From the sequence record PX667085.1: a stretch of 64,000 bases of DNA, one strand, 5' to 3'. Of the stretch, positions 1 to 9,808 are shown piece by piece. Each line of letters opens with the position of its first letter. Position 1 is the stretch's first letter. The stretch comes from a phage. Both the position numbers and the translations under genes were made by a program. The notes below the pieces were generated by a model. That model made no database searches and had not been told where the DNA came from. It worked only from the letters and a program-made list of their open reading frames with translations.

Positions 1-93
1 ATTTATGGAGAAGGTGTATTATCATTGTCTACAGAACAAATGATCATCCTTCGTGACTTCTTAATTAGTTTAGATCTAGGAGAAAACAAATGA
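1..93 (+). CDS. 3-prime end of an upstream gene truncated by the window edge
   Basis: Frame 1 is open from base 1 to TGA at 91-93, overlapping the next ATG (ATGA). Confidence 0.35.
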   Translation: MYGEGVLSLSTEQMIILRDFLISLDLGENK

Positions 94-359
94 GTAAAAC
101 TTCTATCGAGTTTATCGAGAAATCCCCTGTTCCAAAGTTATACCGTTTATCTGAAATTGAACCTATGTCTGTTTTCTACTACTACGATTCAGAAGTAAGT
201 GAACAAGAACGGGACTACTACTTAGCTACAGATACAGGTGCAGTGTGCTTAACAGGTTCTCGTGCAGGAGAATACATTGTGACTAGTCGTTTTAATGAAG
301 CAGATTACTGTTGGGCTAAGGTTGAAACTAAGATTGTCATCAACATCACTAATCATTAA
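90..359 (+). CDS. hypothetical protein (89 aa)
   Basis: ORF with AGGAG ribosome binding site upstream of ATG; no recognisable motifs. Confidence 0.6.
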   Translation: MSKTSIEFIEKSPVPKLYRLSEIEPMSVFYYYDSEVSEQERDYYLATDTGAVCLTGSRAGEYIVTSRFNEADYCWAKVETKIVINITNH

Positions 360-381
360 GACTAATCTGACAAAGAGTTAC

Positions 382-411
382 TTGACATGTGCAAAGCTCT
401 TTGTGTAGAAT
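382..411 (+). promoter_or_regulatory. sigma70-like promoter (TTGACA, 18 nt spacer, TAGAAT)
   Basis: Near-consensus -35 and -10 hexamers read directly, upstream of the ORF at 442. Confidence 0.5.
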
Positions 412-441
412 AAAGATTCACTTACTAAGGAGATTTTATAA

Positions 442-639
442 ATGGCTACAAAGAAACAGAAAATGAAATGTCTTACTCTCACTGAACTGGGTCAAGCTTC
501 CAACTGCGTTACTGTTGGTAAGATTTATTCTACAGTTCTTGATAAAGACAACAACAGTTTTACTTTCAAAGATGATAACGGAAACCCTCAAGTTGGAATC
601 TACCCTTCCTGTGCTTTTGGTACTTGGGAAAAAGTGTAA
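442..639 (+). CDS. hypothetical protein (65 aa)
   Basis: ORF with AAGGAG ribosome binding site; downstream of the promoter-like site. Confidence 0.55.
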   Translation: MATKKQKMKCLTLTELGQASNCVTVGKIYSTVLDKDNNSFTFKDDNGNPQVGIYPSCAFGTWEKV

Positions 640-682
640 CTAATTAGAGGGTATACTTGTAAACAAGATTAAGGAGGCATTT

Positions 683-856
683 ATGGGAGATAAACAAAGT
701 AACATCCGTTACGCGCTTTATGGAAGAATGGGTGCAGATTGTGAATGGATGCTTCTGTCGCAACGTATACCCTCTTACAAAGAGGCTCTTGAAAAAAGAG
801 ACTATTATAAACAAACATGGCGTTTTGTCATTTGTAAACACTATTTGGAGGCGTGA
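683..856 (+). CDS. small hypothetical protein (57 aa, absent from ORF track)
   Basis: TAAGGAGG ribosome binding site 4-5 nt before ATG at 683; stop TGA overlaps the ATG of the next gene. Confidence 0.4.
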   Translation: MGDKQSNIRYALYGRMGADCEWMLLSQRIPSYKEALEKRDYYKQTWRFVICKHYLEA

Positions 857-1164
857 TGAGTACATTATCATTAGCAGTTACGGTGCACCAGTATTACGAA
901 GAAGCTGTAAAAGATTCAGAAAACCCATCTACATTGGTGTTTGAAGATCGGACTGGTCTTAAATGGGTAGAATCTGGGGATGAACTCTACTTTTGGTATC
1001 CACAAGGTTGCACAAGTAATTCTAATTTGTATAGTTATGAACTGGAGTATCGTGCGCCTGTAGACGAAGATGACAATTACATCATGTATTATGTTAATAA
1101 TGGTTGCGGTGAAACGTTTAATGTAGTATTCTCTAAAGCCTTGAAGTCCGACGAGGAGATGTAA
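856..1164 (+). CDS. hypothetical protein, tandem paralog 1
   Basis: ATG at 856 after GGAGG; shares LSLAV...H..Y, EHRAP..DD and GE...VVF motifs with the next ORF. Confidence 0.6.
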   Translation: MSTLSLAVTVHQYYEEAVKDSENPSTLVFEDRTGLKWVESGDELYFWYPQGCTSNSNLYSYELEYRAPVDEDDNYIMYYVNNGCGETFNVVFSKALKSDEEM

Positions 1165-1469
1165 TGCGGCACAATACGACTTTAAGTTTGGCAGTTGCAG
1201 CCCACATGCTGTACAATGATTCTGTGAAGAATGAGTTGTCGCCTGTGAGTTTAGCTTTCTATCTGATAGACAGGGATTGGATGTTCTCTGGTGAGGATGA
1301 AATCTACTACGTAAATTCACGCGGTTTTATTGAAAGTTTTGAACTTGAACATCGTGCACCAACAGCAGAAGATGATCGTTTTATTATGTTTTGTGTAAAA
1401 GATGGTTACGGAGAGGTATATGACGTAGTATTCTTCAAAAATCGACAGAAGACTGAAGAGGAATTCTAA
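1164..1469 (+). CDS. hypothetical protein, tandem paralog 2
   Basis: Start overlaps stop of paralog 1 (TAATG); clear similarity to paralog 1. Confidence 0.6.
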   Translation: MRHNTTLSLAVAAHMLYNDSVKNELSPVSLAFYLIDRDWMFSGEDEIYYVNSRGFIESFELEHRAPTAEDDRFIMFCVKDGYGEVYDVVFFKNRQKTEEEF

Positions 1470-1832
1470 ATGAAAAGGCTACTTTGTGTCCTGATATTGA
1501 TGATTACCACCAATGCTACAGCCGCCCGTGATGGTTTCAAGATTGGGGTGGAAGGTAGCCAATTCTTCACTTGGTATGGTGGTGAAGCTGTCTACCAAGT
1601 GGATGATAAAAAGTATAACTGCAAGTTTGATCGTATAGATCGTGGAGTGGATAATTGGGGTGACGCTTACAAAGCCACAGGTTTCTATTGCACAAAAGAT
1701 TTATATATTACAGTCAAAGAACCACAAGACAACAGAAAGGTGTTGTTCATTGTGGTAAACCCTGCTAAATTTGAAGAACGTAAAGCTTACTATGTAGATA
1801 TGTTCATTGAATACAAAAAGGAGGAAAAATGA
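1470..1832 (+). CDS. secreted hypothetical protein with N-terminal signal peptide
   Basis: N-terminus MKRLLCVLILMITTNATAA is signal-peptide-like; ribosome binding site present. Confidence 0.55.
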   Translation: MKRLLCVLILMITTNATAARDGFKIGVEGSQFFTWYGGEAVYQVDDKKYNCKFDRIDRGVDNWGDAYKATGFYCTKDLYITVKEPQDNRKVLFIVVNPAKFEERKAYYVDMFIEYKKEEK

Positions 1833-2191
1833 GAGAAACAATCGTAGATGTTGTTATTAATGGTCAACGTTATGTGCCTGTTGTAGAGAAAGCTGAACCA
1901 GATGCTTTAGATGTTGTTTTTGAAGACGATGATCTTGGCACTGTTACTGTGCGTGAATATTTCAGACGACTGCTCTCTACGCTTTGGGAAGAAGAAGATA
2001 GTTTCAGTGGAAAACGCCCTTTCGGTAACTCTTGCTGGCAGTTCGATTTGATTATTGGTTTGATCGATGCTGGGTACCTGGAAGGTAAAGTTTATCGTGA
2101 CGAAGATGGTGGTATAGAAGATACCGACTATGATCGGGAAGAAGCAGATAAACTCATCCAGGGTCTGATCGCACGTATGTGTTTAGGTTAA
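1829..2191 (+). CDS. hypothetical protein (120 aa)
   Basis: ATGA overlap with upstream gene; acidic protein. Confidence 0.55.
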   Translation: MRETIVDVVINGQRYVPVVEKAEPDALDVVFEDDDLGTVTVREYFRRLLSTLWEEEDSFSGKRPFGNSCWQFDLIIGLIDAGYLEGKVYRDEDGGIEDTDYDREEADKLIQGLIARMCLG

Positions 2192-2192
2192 T

Positions 2193-2561
2193 ATGAAGGT
2201 ATTAAACTTTTACCATTTAGGCAAAACAATCCCAGAAGGTGCTGTTTATATTGGTAGAGCAATGCCACACATGGAATTAAAAGCCTCTAAGTTTGCAAAC
2301 CCTTTTAAGTTAAAAGATGATGAACCACGAGGATCAACTATACAAAGGTATAAAGAGTGGTTGTGGGAGCAAATTCGTTGTGGTAAGATCACTCTTGAAG
2401 ATTTATTAGAGTTAGAAGGGAAAGATTTAGTTTGCTTCTGCTCCCCTCAACCTTGTCATGGAGATGTATTGGTAGCAGCCGTGACTTGGGCTAGAAAAGA
2501 GTGGGACAAAAGGCATCCTACTTATGTAGACAATTATTGGATTTGGGAGGAGAATTTTTGA
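2193..2561 (+). CDS. DUF4326-like protein
   Basis: Motifs GRAMP, SKFANPF and CFCSPQPCHGDVL resemble the DUF4326 family common in phages (from memory). Confidence 0.45.
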   Translation: MKVLNFYHLGKTIPEGAVYIGRAMPHMELKASKFANPFKLKDDEPRGSTIQRYKEWLWEQIRCGKITLEDLLELEGKDLVCFCSPQPCHGDVLVAAVTWARKEWDKRHPTYVDNYWIWEENF

Positions 2562-2917
2562 AAAATATTATTGATGTAGATGTGTTTGGTATCACAGCAC
2601 TACAAGACAAACAAGCAACATTATACTACCATAAAAAAGAGGATAAGGCTTACATCTACATCTACCTAGGAGCAGAAAAATTTGGTGTTGGAGATATGGC
2701 TCTAAATGTAGAAGGGGATCTTCCTTTAGAACAAAAGTTGAAAGTTTTTCGTTTCACAAGAGATGTTAAACTAGACGGCGTTATCGCAATCCTACAAGAA
2801 GACCATTATTATATGGTAACTTTCGTTACTCCTGCTTTCTCTGGTCTTAATGGAGAAGAAGCTCTTAACGATGTTATTATCTTAAAGATTGGTAATGCTT
2901 TAAACGATGTAAACTAA
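2558..2917 (+). CDS. hypothetical protein (probable TTG start)
   Basis: GGGAGGAG lies 6 nt before the in-frame TTG at 2558; the track ATG at 2501 would overlap the previous gene by 61 nt. Confidence 0.4.
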   Translation: MKNIIDVDVFGITALQDKQATLYYHKKEDKAYIYIYLGAEKFGVGDMALNVEGDLPLEQKLKVFRFTRDVKLDGVIAILQEDHYYMVTFVTPAFSGLNGEEALNDVIILKIGNALNDVN

Positions 2918-2931
2918 AGGAGGGAGTGTGT

Positions 2932-3441
2932 ATGTTCTTTGATGCAAATTCTCTTTTTGTATCTACAGCAGGGCAGTCTGCTGTTAATGCAGAATTTGAG
3001 GAAAGAGAAGAATGGATTGATAATCACAACTATGATCCAAGTAATCTAAACTGGTGCAGTTTGGATGTTGGTAATCTTAGTAGAGATAATGCACTTAGAG
3101 CATACTACTCTGTATATACTGTTGACAATCTTTATCAATACTACGTGTTTCGTAGTCTTATTGTTAATCTTAATTTAGCTGGACGTTTAAAGAACAATAA
3201 GGCATTCACATTGGGACATTATATTCCCTTCCGTAAAGGTGGTGTGCATTTTCCATGTAATTGGATCATTCAAACACGAAAAGAAAACAGTTTAGCAGGA
3301 GACACCATGCCAAGATTTAAAGATAAGTGGACATGGGAAAAACAAATGGGGTACATTAATGCACATTTGCCACCTAATCTAAAAGAACCTTATGCCAGCA
3401 GAGCTAAGGAAATGATGAGGATTGTCAAGAGTTTTTATTAA
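2932..3441 (+). CDS. hypothetical protein
   Basis: AAGGAGGG ribosome binding site then ATG at 2932 (track begins at GTG 2926). Confidence 0.55.
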   Translation: MFFDANSLFVSTAGQSAVNAEFEEREEWIDNHNYDPSNLNWCSLDVGNLSRDNALRAYYSVYTVDNLYQYYVFRSLIVNLNLAGRLKNNKAFTLGHYIPFRKGGVHFPCNWIIQTRKENSLAGDTMPRFKDKWTWEKQMGYINAHLPPNLKEPYASRAKEMMRIVKSFY

Positions 3442-3455
3442 GAGAGGAGAAATAC

Positions 3456-5048
3456 GTGTCTACACAATTGAGTTTTACACCTACCGAGGAACAATACGCT
3501 ATTGAAAGCGGGTATAAAGAAAATCGTTTCGTTACAATTCAAGCTAAATCTGGATCAGGTAAAACGTCAACACTGTATATGTTGGCTAATGGCACAAATG
3601 ATAGTATTCTATACTTGGCGTTTAACAAAAGTATGGCAGAGGAAGCTCGACGTAAAATGCCGCCTAACGTTATGTGCCGAACGCTACATTCAATCTGTTA
3701 CCAGCGTCTTCCACAAAACCTTCGACACAAATTGTCTCGTCCAGAAGGTCAATATGTTAACGTAGCTGGAACTGGTAGTGAGATTGCCAAAAAATTCAAG
3801 ATTCAGAACTTGATTGATAAGAATGGTAAAGTGCTACTGACTCGTGCAATGATCGGGTTAATGGTAAAACAAACTTTAGCTAAATATGAGTTTTCTGACG
3901 ATGAACATATTGGACATAAACATTTTCCTAAAGTGCATATGTCAGATCTTAAACGTAAGAACATCAACGAACAAAAACTTATTAACGAAGTTGTTAAATA
4001 TGCGAAGCAACTTTGGCGTGAGCGTATTGATCCTAAATCAGAAACCATTATGACTCATGACACCTATGTGAAACTCTTTGAATTGAGCAAAGAAGACTTA
4101 GGATATGATATTATTTTTGGAGATGAATTCCAGGATGTTAACCCTGCATTCCTGTCTATCCTTCGCAATGCTAAATCGGCTAAACGTATTGTTGTTGTGG
4201 GTGATGAATTTCAGAGTATTTATCAGTTCCGTGGAAGCCAGAACATGATGAAGCAAACGGCTACATATGGGATTGAGTTGCCTCTGACAACTTGTTTTCG
4301 CTTTGGTCCTAAAGTTGCGGATATTGCTAATGCGATCCTTTCTGATCGCTCACCTCTGAAGCATCCGCTGGTAGGCAAAGGTTATGATACTGTCACTGGA
4401 AGTTTTCATTCTGATGTGGTAGATTATAGTAAACCTTACACCATTATTTTCCGTAAGAATTTGACTCTGTTGCTCGAAGCTATGGACCGAATCGCTAACG
4501 GAGAAGAGATTATTATTAACGTAGATACCAAAGATTTCATTTCTATGGTTGATAGTGTTAATGCTTTACGTAGAGGTGATTTGGACAAAGTTAAGCATGA
4601 GACAGTCTTACCTTACACTTCTTGGGAAGAATTTGTAGAGTGTGCAGAATCAGATCCTGATGCAAAACGACTTTTAAACATCGTTGTTTCTGGTAAAGCT
4701 AATAATATTGCATACACTTTACGTATGCACCGTAACTCTCCAACGGCTAAAGTTACTTTAACTACAGCCCACAAATCAAAAGGTTTGGAGTGGGATCAGG
4801 TTATTGTTGCAAATGACTTCCCTTCCAATTATGATAAGAAGGGTGAGTGGGTAGGTCTTGAAGAATCAGAACGAAATCTTCTGTATGTTGCACATACACG
4901 TTGTATTAAATGTCTGCAATGGAACCGGACTGTTCAAGAGATTTTAGACATGCATCGTTTAGGTAAGAGCACGGCTCCTGTATCTGAAGAAGATAAGCTT
5001 ATAGCTGCCCTTGCTCGTAAGATTAATCAAATCAGAGAGGATCGTTAA
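3456..5048 (+). CDS. UvrD/PcrA-like superfamily 1 DNA helicase
   Basis: Walker A SGSGKTS, DEFQD box, VVGDEFQSIYQFRGS, C-terminal TAHKSKGLEWD motif; GTG start after GAGGAG. Confidence 0.8.
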   Translation: MSTQLSFTPTEEQYAIESGYKENRFVTIQAKSGSGKTSTLYMLANGTNDSILYLAFNKSMAEEARRKMPPNVMCRTLHSICYQRLPQNLRHKLSRPEGQYVNVAGTGSEIAKKFKIQNLIDKNGKVLLTRAMIGLMVKQTLAKYEFSDDEHIGHKHFPKVHMSDLKRKNINEQKLINEVVKYAKQLWRERIDPKSETIMTHDTYVKLFELSKEDLGYDIIFGDEFQDVNPAFLSILRNAKSAKRIVVVGDEFQSIYQFRGSQNMMKQTATYGIELPLTTCFRFGPKVADIANAILSDRSPLKHPLVGKGYDTVTGSFHSDVVDYSKPYTIIFRKNLTLLLEAMDRIANGEEIIINVDTKDFISMVDSVNALRRGDLDKVKHETVLPYTSWEEFVECAESDPDAKRLLNIVVSGKANNIAYTLRMHRNSPTAKVTLTTAHKSKGLEWDQVIVANDFPSNYDKKGEWVGLEESERNLLYVAHTRCIKCLQWNRTVQEILDMHRLGKSTAPVSEEDKLIAALARKINQIREDR

Positions 5049-5300
5049 ATGGCAGGGTATCACATAACAGACATTAAGAAACAACCTTATGGCAGCATAG
5101 AAAAGATTAAAGAGGAAGTAGAAGAACTTTTTGATGCTGTTGAACAGGATTGCAAAATAATGCAACTTGTTGAATTATCAGATATTATAGGTGCTGTTGA
5201 GGGAGTTTTAGAACAACAGTTCCCAGATATGACTTTACAAGATTTAATCATTATGTCCAGCATTACTAAACGCGCTTTCCGCACAGGAGGGAGATCATGA
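5049..5300 (+). CDS. hypothetical protein (possibly MazG-like all-alpha pyrophosphatase fragment)
   Basis: EEVEELFDAVEQ followed by ELSDIIGAVEG resembles MazG/HisE helices; short, weak. Confidence 0.35.
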   Translation: MAGYHITDIKKQPYGSIEKIKEEVEELFDAVEQDCKIMQLVELSDIIGAVEGVLEQQFPDMTLQDLIIMSSITKRAFRTGGRS

Positions 5301-5851
5301 ACGTAGCTGTTATTGCTCAAGCTATTGATTACTATGGGCGATTTGCGGAGATGTTGGAAGTCCCTTATCTTGTAGATGCGGATATCCTTGCATATACATT
5401 ACCAGAAGGTAAAGAGGATCGCCCCTTGGGGCATCCTAATGGTAAGTTCTACGTAGCCAGTGCAGAGCAGTCTTTCCTCCAGATGGAGAAAGACGGGTTT
5501 GAATTTTCAACAGACCATCCTTATATGGCTCTAACACCTTGCTACCGAACAGAAGAAGAGTTAGATGATGTTCATTTTAACATTTTCTTGAAGTTGGAAA
5601 TTATTGAGTTTTATCCAGGAGCATCCATCAAAGAATATGCCGAAACTATGCGCTATTTCTTTTGGACGTATTACAAAGTTCAAACTCAAATCATAGAGAC
5701 AGATATTGGTCTTGACGTGGAAGATATGTATGGGTTAGAATTAGGTTCGTTTGGGATGAGAACTTCTCCACAAGGTCATCCGTATTTATACGCCACTGGT
5801 ATCGCAGAGCCTAGGGCATCTATTGCAATAAAACGAGGAGGGTTATTATGA
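5297..5851 (+). CDS. hypothetical protein (184 aa)
   Basis: ATGA overlap; ribosome binding site GGAGGGAG. Confidence 0.55.
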   Translation: MNVAVIAQAIDYYGRFAEMLEVPYLVDADILAYTLPEGKEDRPLGHPNGKFYVASAEQSFLQMEKDGFEFSTDHPYMALTPCYRTEEELDDVHFNIFLKLEIIEFYPGASIKEYAETMRYFFWTYYKVQTQIIETDIGLDVEDMYGLELGSFGMRTSPQGHPYLYATGIAEPRASIAIKRGGLL

Positions 5852-7194
5852 ATGTATATACACATAAGCAAGATTTGGTAACAGCGGCAAACAATCGGGG
5901 CTTGTTCGATAGGCTTTGCAAAGCTATTGAAATTGCATATGGTTGGACTAAAGAGACAGATCCTAAACTTACAGGACAATATGCTCTTTTACACGGTTGC
6001 ACAAATTTTCCATACATCTGTCACACAGTCGGGACCAATGAATTTTCTGGAGAGCCGACAGTAGGAGATAATGAGCTACGTTTTACAGGAGATGCAATGC
6101 TAGATTTAATTCTTAAGAAAACTAAAATGCTAAAAATTGAAGATGTTTACACAGACACTAGTAACCTTTCTGAAGAAGAAATTGGAGAAATGATTACTAC
6201 TTTCAATAATACAACAGGGAAGAGTTTTTGGACTAAAAGCGATGCTTCCCGTCTTAAACGAGTAGACCCTGCTATTCCAGAAGACGGTAAGAAGTATCGA
6301 AAAGTTATCTTTTACGATAAAATGGCAGGTCTGGATGCTCTCCATCTTGAGTGTGGAAGCCTTGTGCCTCCGGTTGTTAGAGAACATGAATTTGCAGTTG
6401 AGGTTGAAGCACAGGAGTTTAAAGATATGTTTTATACTAAACATGTAAGAAAAGTGGAAGATGTGGAACAACAAAAAGAGACTTTTGAACCAGAAGACAC
6501 AGAGCCTACCTATATTCCTAATACAGGTATTCAACCTTGCGAGGACTTTGTTCAAGTCCGTTACAAAAATGGTGTTTTAGAAGTATGCAAAGCCAACCAC
6601 TTCGAATGGGAGAAATACGACAGTGAATGGCAGATTGAAGAATATTTTGTTCTCCCAAGAACAGCAAAATACCAAGCCCACATCGGAGGTAGACGCCCTT
6701 GTGATGGTCCTGTTAATGTTCTTTTTCGAAATGGGGACCAAGGAAAAGGGTTGGCAGAGACGTTTTATTGGAGCCACTCTGGAGATGGATCAGATATTGT
6801 AGGTTATATTAAACTTAACCCGTCTCCCCGTTACCGCAAGCGTCGTCAGAAGCCTCCAGTAGGTAAGAAGAGTGTCGTTCGTGTCCTTTACACTACACAG
6901 CAGACATACACATTTAAAAATGTGGTAGACGTGCAAGTGACCGAGGAGCGAGTTTATATCCAATATGATCGTGAAGTTACAGAGGGTATTAAAGAATCGG
7001 TTACTACCGAAATTGAAAATAAGCTTGTTATGGCAATCATTGTGGAAGAAAGTAAAGTAGAGAACGGTAAAGCCTACACTGTTCGTGATAGTTTCTTGCG
7101 TAACATTGATGGAACTTGGGATTATAATGGACACGATGGGACCGCTGTAAAGAACGGTAAGATCATGGGAAGACAATTCCTCTCCAAACGATAA
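5848..7194 (+). CDS. hypothetical protein (448 aa)
   Basis: ATGA overlap with upstream gene; followed by an intrinsic terminator. Confidence 0.55.
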   Translation: MNVYTHKQDLVTAANNRGLFDRLCKAIEIAYGWTKETDPKLTGQYALLHGCTNFPYICHTVGTNEFSGEPTVGDNELRFTGDAMLDLILKKTKMLKIEDVYTDTSNLSEEEIGEMITTFNNTTGKSFWTKSDASRLKRVDPAIPEDGKKYRKVIFYDKMAGLDALHLECGSLVPPVVREHEFAVEVEAQEFKDMFYTKHVRKVEDVEQQKETFEPEDTEPTYIPNTGIQPCEDFVQVRYKNGVLEVCKANHFEWEKYDSEWQIEEYFVLPRTAKYQAHIGGRRPCDGPVNVLFRNGDQGKGLAETFYWSHSGDGSDIVGYIKLNPSPRYRKRRQKPPVGKKSVVRVLYTTQQTYTFKNVVDVQVTEERVYIQYDREVTEGIKESVTTEIENKLVMAIIVEESKVENGKAYTVRDSFLRNIDGTWDYNGHDGTAVKNGKIMGRQFLSKR

Positions 7195-7200
7195 AACTTA

Positions 7201-7224
7201 AAGGCGCACTTTGCGCCTTTTTTG
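7201..7224 (+). terminator. rho-independent terminator
   Basis: Hairpin aaggcgca/tgcgcctt followed by a T6 run. Confidence 0.65.
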
Positions 7225-7294
7225 ATTTTCCTCAAAGCTTTTTTCGGTTGGAAGAGGTAGAATAATAGTTCTACTCACAAAATAAGGATTAATA

Positions 7295-9121
7295 ATGAAA
7301 GATTTGTACCAAGATGTTTTTTCTTTTTTAGATCGCACTTCAGAAACATACACTAGAGAGAATGCAAACAAACCTTCCCACCTCGTTAACACACACAGGG
7401 ATCTCTTGGCGGGGATTTTAAGCAAACATATGGCAATGACACAGATACTGCCAAAAAACTTGTCAGAATGGCATACAGAAGGTTTTGGACATATTCACGA
7501 CTTGGATTATCTGCTCTCTCCTCTTACAAACTGTTGTCTTGTTAATTACCAAGATATGTTAGAAAATGGTTTTAAGATCGGTGCTGCACAGATAGAAAAA
7601 CCAAAATCTATTGGAGTAGCTACCACAGTGCTAACTCAAATCATCCAAGCTGTAGCATCGAGCCAGTATGGTGGACAGACTTGTGCGCATATTGACGAGG
7701 GATTAAAACAATACGTAGAAAAAAGCTACAACAAAATCTTTAATAATCTCAGCAAAAATTATCGTGGTCCTAATACAGAGGACTTAGAGAAAAGGGCGAT
7801 GGAAGTGGTGGACAGTCTTGTTTATGACGCAATGCAAACACTTCTGTATCAAGTTAATACCTTGATGAGTGTGAATGGTCAATCACCATTCATCACTATC
7901 AGCCTCGGCTTGGACACCTCTGTTTTTGGACGAATGATCACTAAGAACTATTTAAAGGTTCATACAGGAGGTCTTGGGAAGGATCGCGTGACCCCAGTAT
8001 TCCCGAAAGTCGTGTTCTTCCTGAAAGACGGGGTGAATATGAAACCGGGTGACCCGAATTACGATCTCAAGCAACTGGCAATGGAATGTTGTGCAGAAAG
8101 GATTTACCCTGATTTCATCTCTGTTCCACTGAACATGGAAGTCACAGGATCTTCAGATGGCAAGGTTACAAGCATGGGTTGCAGAAGCTTCCTTTCTCAC
8201 TATGCCACCGAACAAGGAGAAAAATACGACGGACGATTCAACCTTGGAGTAGTTTCTATCAACTTACCTCTGATCGCTGCGGAAGCGAGAAGTAAAGGAG
8301 AATCTTTCACCGATCTTCTTAATAAACATATGGAGATAGCCTACGATGCTCACATGCTACGTGTAAACCGTATCAGACATACCAAAGCATCTGAAAACCC
8401 TATTCTTTTCATGGAAGGGGCTTTAGCTCGTTTAAATGCCAACGATGAAATTGGTGTTTTGTTTGAAGGTGGTTATGCTTCTATTAGTATTGGTTATGTA
8501 GGTCTTGCCGAAGCTTTGGAAATCCTTTATCCAGAAGAAAAAGATAAAAAGGAACTTGGTAAAAACATTCTGCAACATATGAAAGATGTGTGTGCTGTGT
8601 TTAAAGAACGATCTAATTTGGCGTTTAGTCTCTATGGAACTCCAGCAGAATCTTTGTGCTATAAGTTTGCAACAGCTTTAAATGAAAAATACCCAGGTTT
8701 GGTAGAAAGAGACTATCTTACTAACTCTTTTCATCAACCTGTGTGGTTGGTAACAAACCCTTTTGAAAAATGGGATTATGAAGCAGGTTTTGCACAGATT
8801 AGTAATGGTGGTAACATAAGTTATGTCGAAACACCAAACTTAAAGAATAACTTAGAAGCTTTGGAGACTTTAGTAGACTACGCTTATGAACATATTCACT
8901 ATTTTGGTATTAATCAGCCCGTGGATCAATGCTTTAAGTGTGGTTTTCATGGGGAATTTAAGGCAACGGCTAAAGGGTTTGAGTGTCCTGATTGTGGCAA
9001 CCATGAAGAAGAAACTATTTCTGTAGTTAGACGTGTGTCAGGGTATCTTTCTGCCCCTAACTCACGCCCTTACAACAAAGGTAAAATGCAGGAAGTTTTG
9101 CAAAGGGAGAAACATCTTTGA
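7295..9121 (+). CDS. nrdD: anaerobic ribonucleoside-triphosphate reductase (class III)
   Basis: 608 aa; C-terminal Zn-ribbon CxxC...CPDCG and glycyl-radical-type RVSGYL motif. Confidence 0.8.
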   Translation: MKDLYQDVFSFLDRTSETYTRENANKPSHLVNTHRDLLAGILSKHMAMTQILPKNLSEWHTEGFGHIHDLDYLLSPLTNCCLVNYQDMLENGFKIGAAQIEKPKSIGVATTVLTQIIQAVASSQYGGQTCAHIDEGLKQYVEKSYNKIFNNLSKNYRGPNTEDLEKRAMEVVDSLVYDAMQTLLYQVNTLMSVNGQSPFITISLGLDTSVFGRMITKNYLKVHTGGLGKDRVTPVFPKVVFFLKDGVNMKPGDPNYDLKQLAMECCAERIYPDFISVPLNMEVTGSSDGKVTSMGCRSFLSHYATEQGEKYDGRFNLGVVSINLPLIAAEARSKGESFTDLLNKHMEIAYDAHMLRVNRIRHTKASENPILFMEGALARLNANDEIGVLFEGGYASISIGYVGLAEALEILYPEEKDKKELGKNILQHMKDVCAVFKERSNLAFSLYGTPAESLCYKFATALNEKYPGLVERDYLTNSFHQPVWLVTNPFEKWDYEAGFAQISNGGNISYVETPNLKNNLEALETLVDYAYEHIHYFGINQPVDQCFKCGFHGEFKATAKGFECPDCGNHEEETISVVRRVSGYLSAPNSRPYNKGKMQEVLQREKHL

Positions 9122-9588
9122 ATTTTGCAGGATATGAACCTGTAGATCTTATTAATGGCGAGGGAGTTAGGTGCTCCCTCTGGGTTAGTGGTTGTAGCCA
9201 CGGTTGTCGTGGCTGTTTTAACCAAAAAGCCTGGTCTTATTCTTATGGGAAACCGTTCACTCACGAAAATGTAGAGCAAGTTTTAAAAGATTTGTCAAGA
9301 CCGTTTGTAAAAGGCTTAACAATTTTAGGAGGAGAGCCATTAGATCCACAGAATATTTACAATGTTAAAAACCTTATAGAAAAGGTTAGAGACGTTTATG
9401 GGTCAAGCAAAGATATAATGGTGTATACAGGGTATACTTTTGAGGAAGTGCCTTTGTATATTAAAAATCTTGTTGACATTATTGTAGACGGAAAGTATGA
9501 AATAAACAATCCAACTACAAAACCTTTCAGAGGGTCAGATAATCAAAGATTATGGACCAAAACGGCAAGTGGTTGGCAATCAGATTAA
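9118..9588 (+). CDS. nrdG: anaerobic ribonucleotide reductase activating protein (radical SAM)
   Basis: YEPVDLINGEGVRCSLWVSGCSHGCRGCFN matches the NrdG N-terminal cluster; TTG start overlapping the nrdD stop. Confidence 0.8.
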   Translation: MNFAGYEPVDLINGEGVRCSLWVSGCSHGCRGCFNQKAWSYSYGKPFTHENVEQVLKDLSRPFVKGLTILGGEPLDPQNIYNVKNLIEKVRDVYGSSKDIMVYTGYTFEEVPLYIKNLVDIIVDGKYEINNPTTKPFRGSDNQRLWTKTASGWQSD

Positions 9589-9601
9589 CTTAGGAGGTTT
9601 C

Positions 9602-9793
9602 ATGGTTACATATTTTGCTGTAGGAGATAGAGTAGGGACGGCAGGAGAACTTTTGAAGAACAGTGATCGGGACGTTAAGGACATTCTTGCAACCCTTGTG
9701 GATATTTTACAAAGAAAAGAGTTGCTTTCTGATCGAGATGTTGCTAAATTACTTGATATCGGAGGAGATGAACTTCAAAGACTTCCATTTTAA
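9602..9793 (+). CDS. hypothetical protein (63 aa)
   Basis: TAGGAGG then ATG at 9602; the track start at 9569 overlaps nrdG. Confidence 0.45.
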   Translation: MVTYFAVGDRVGTAGELLKNSDRDVKDILATLVDILQRKELLSDRDVAKLLDIGGDELQRLPF

Positions 9794-9808
9794 GTGAGGA
9801 GATAAGTA

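Noticed and set aside
644-1320. ORFs 644-871 (-), 720-944 (+) and 916-1320 (-) from the track
   Set aside because: They overlap or run antisense to better-supported genes with ribosome binding sites and paralog conservation; no translation signals of their own.
3502-4048. ORFs 3502-3765 (+) and 3803-4048 (-) inside the helicase gene
   Set aside because: Alternative-frame or antisense ORFs embedded in a gene with clear helicase motifs.
7225-7294. Candidate promoter upstream of nrdD (TAGAAT at 7256-7261)
   Set aside because: No acceptable -35 element at 16-18 nt spacing; nrdD may be expressed by terminator read-through.
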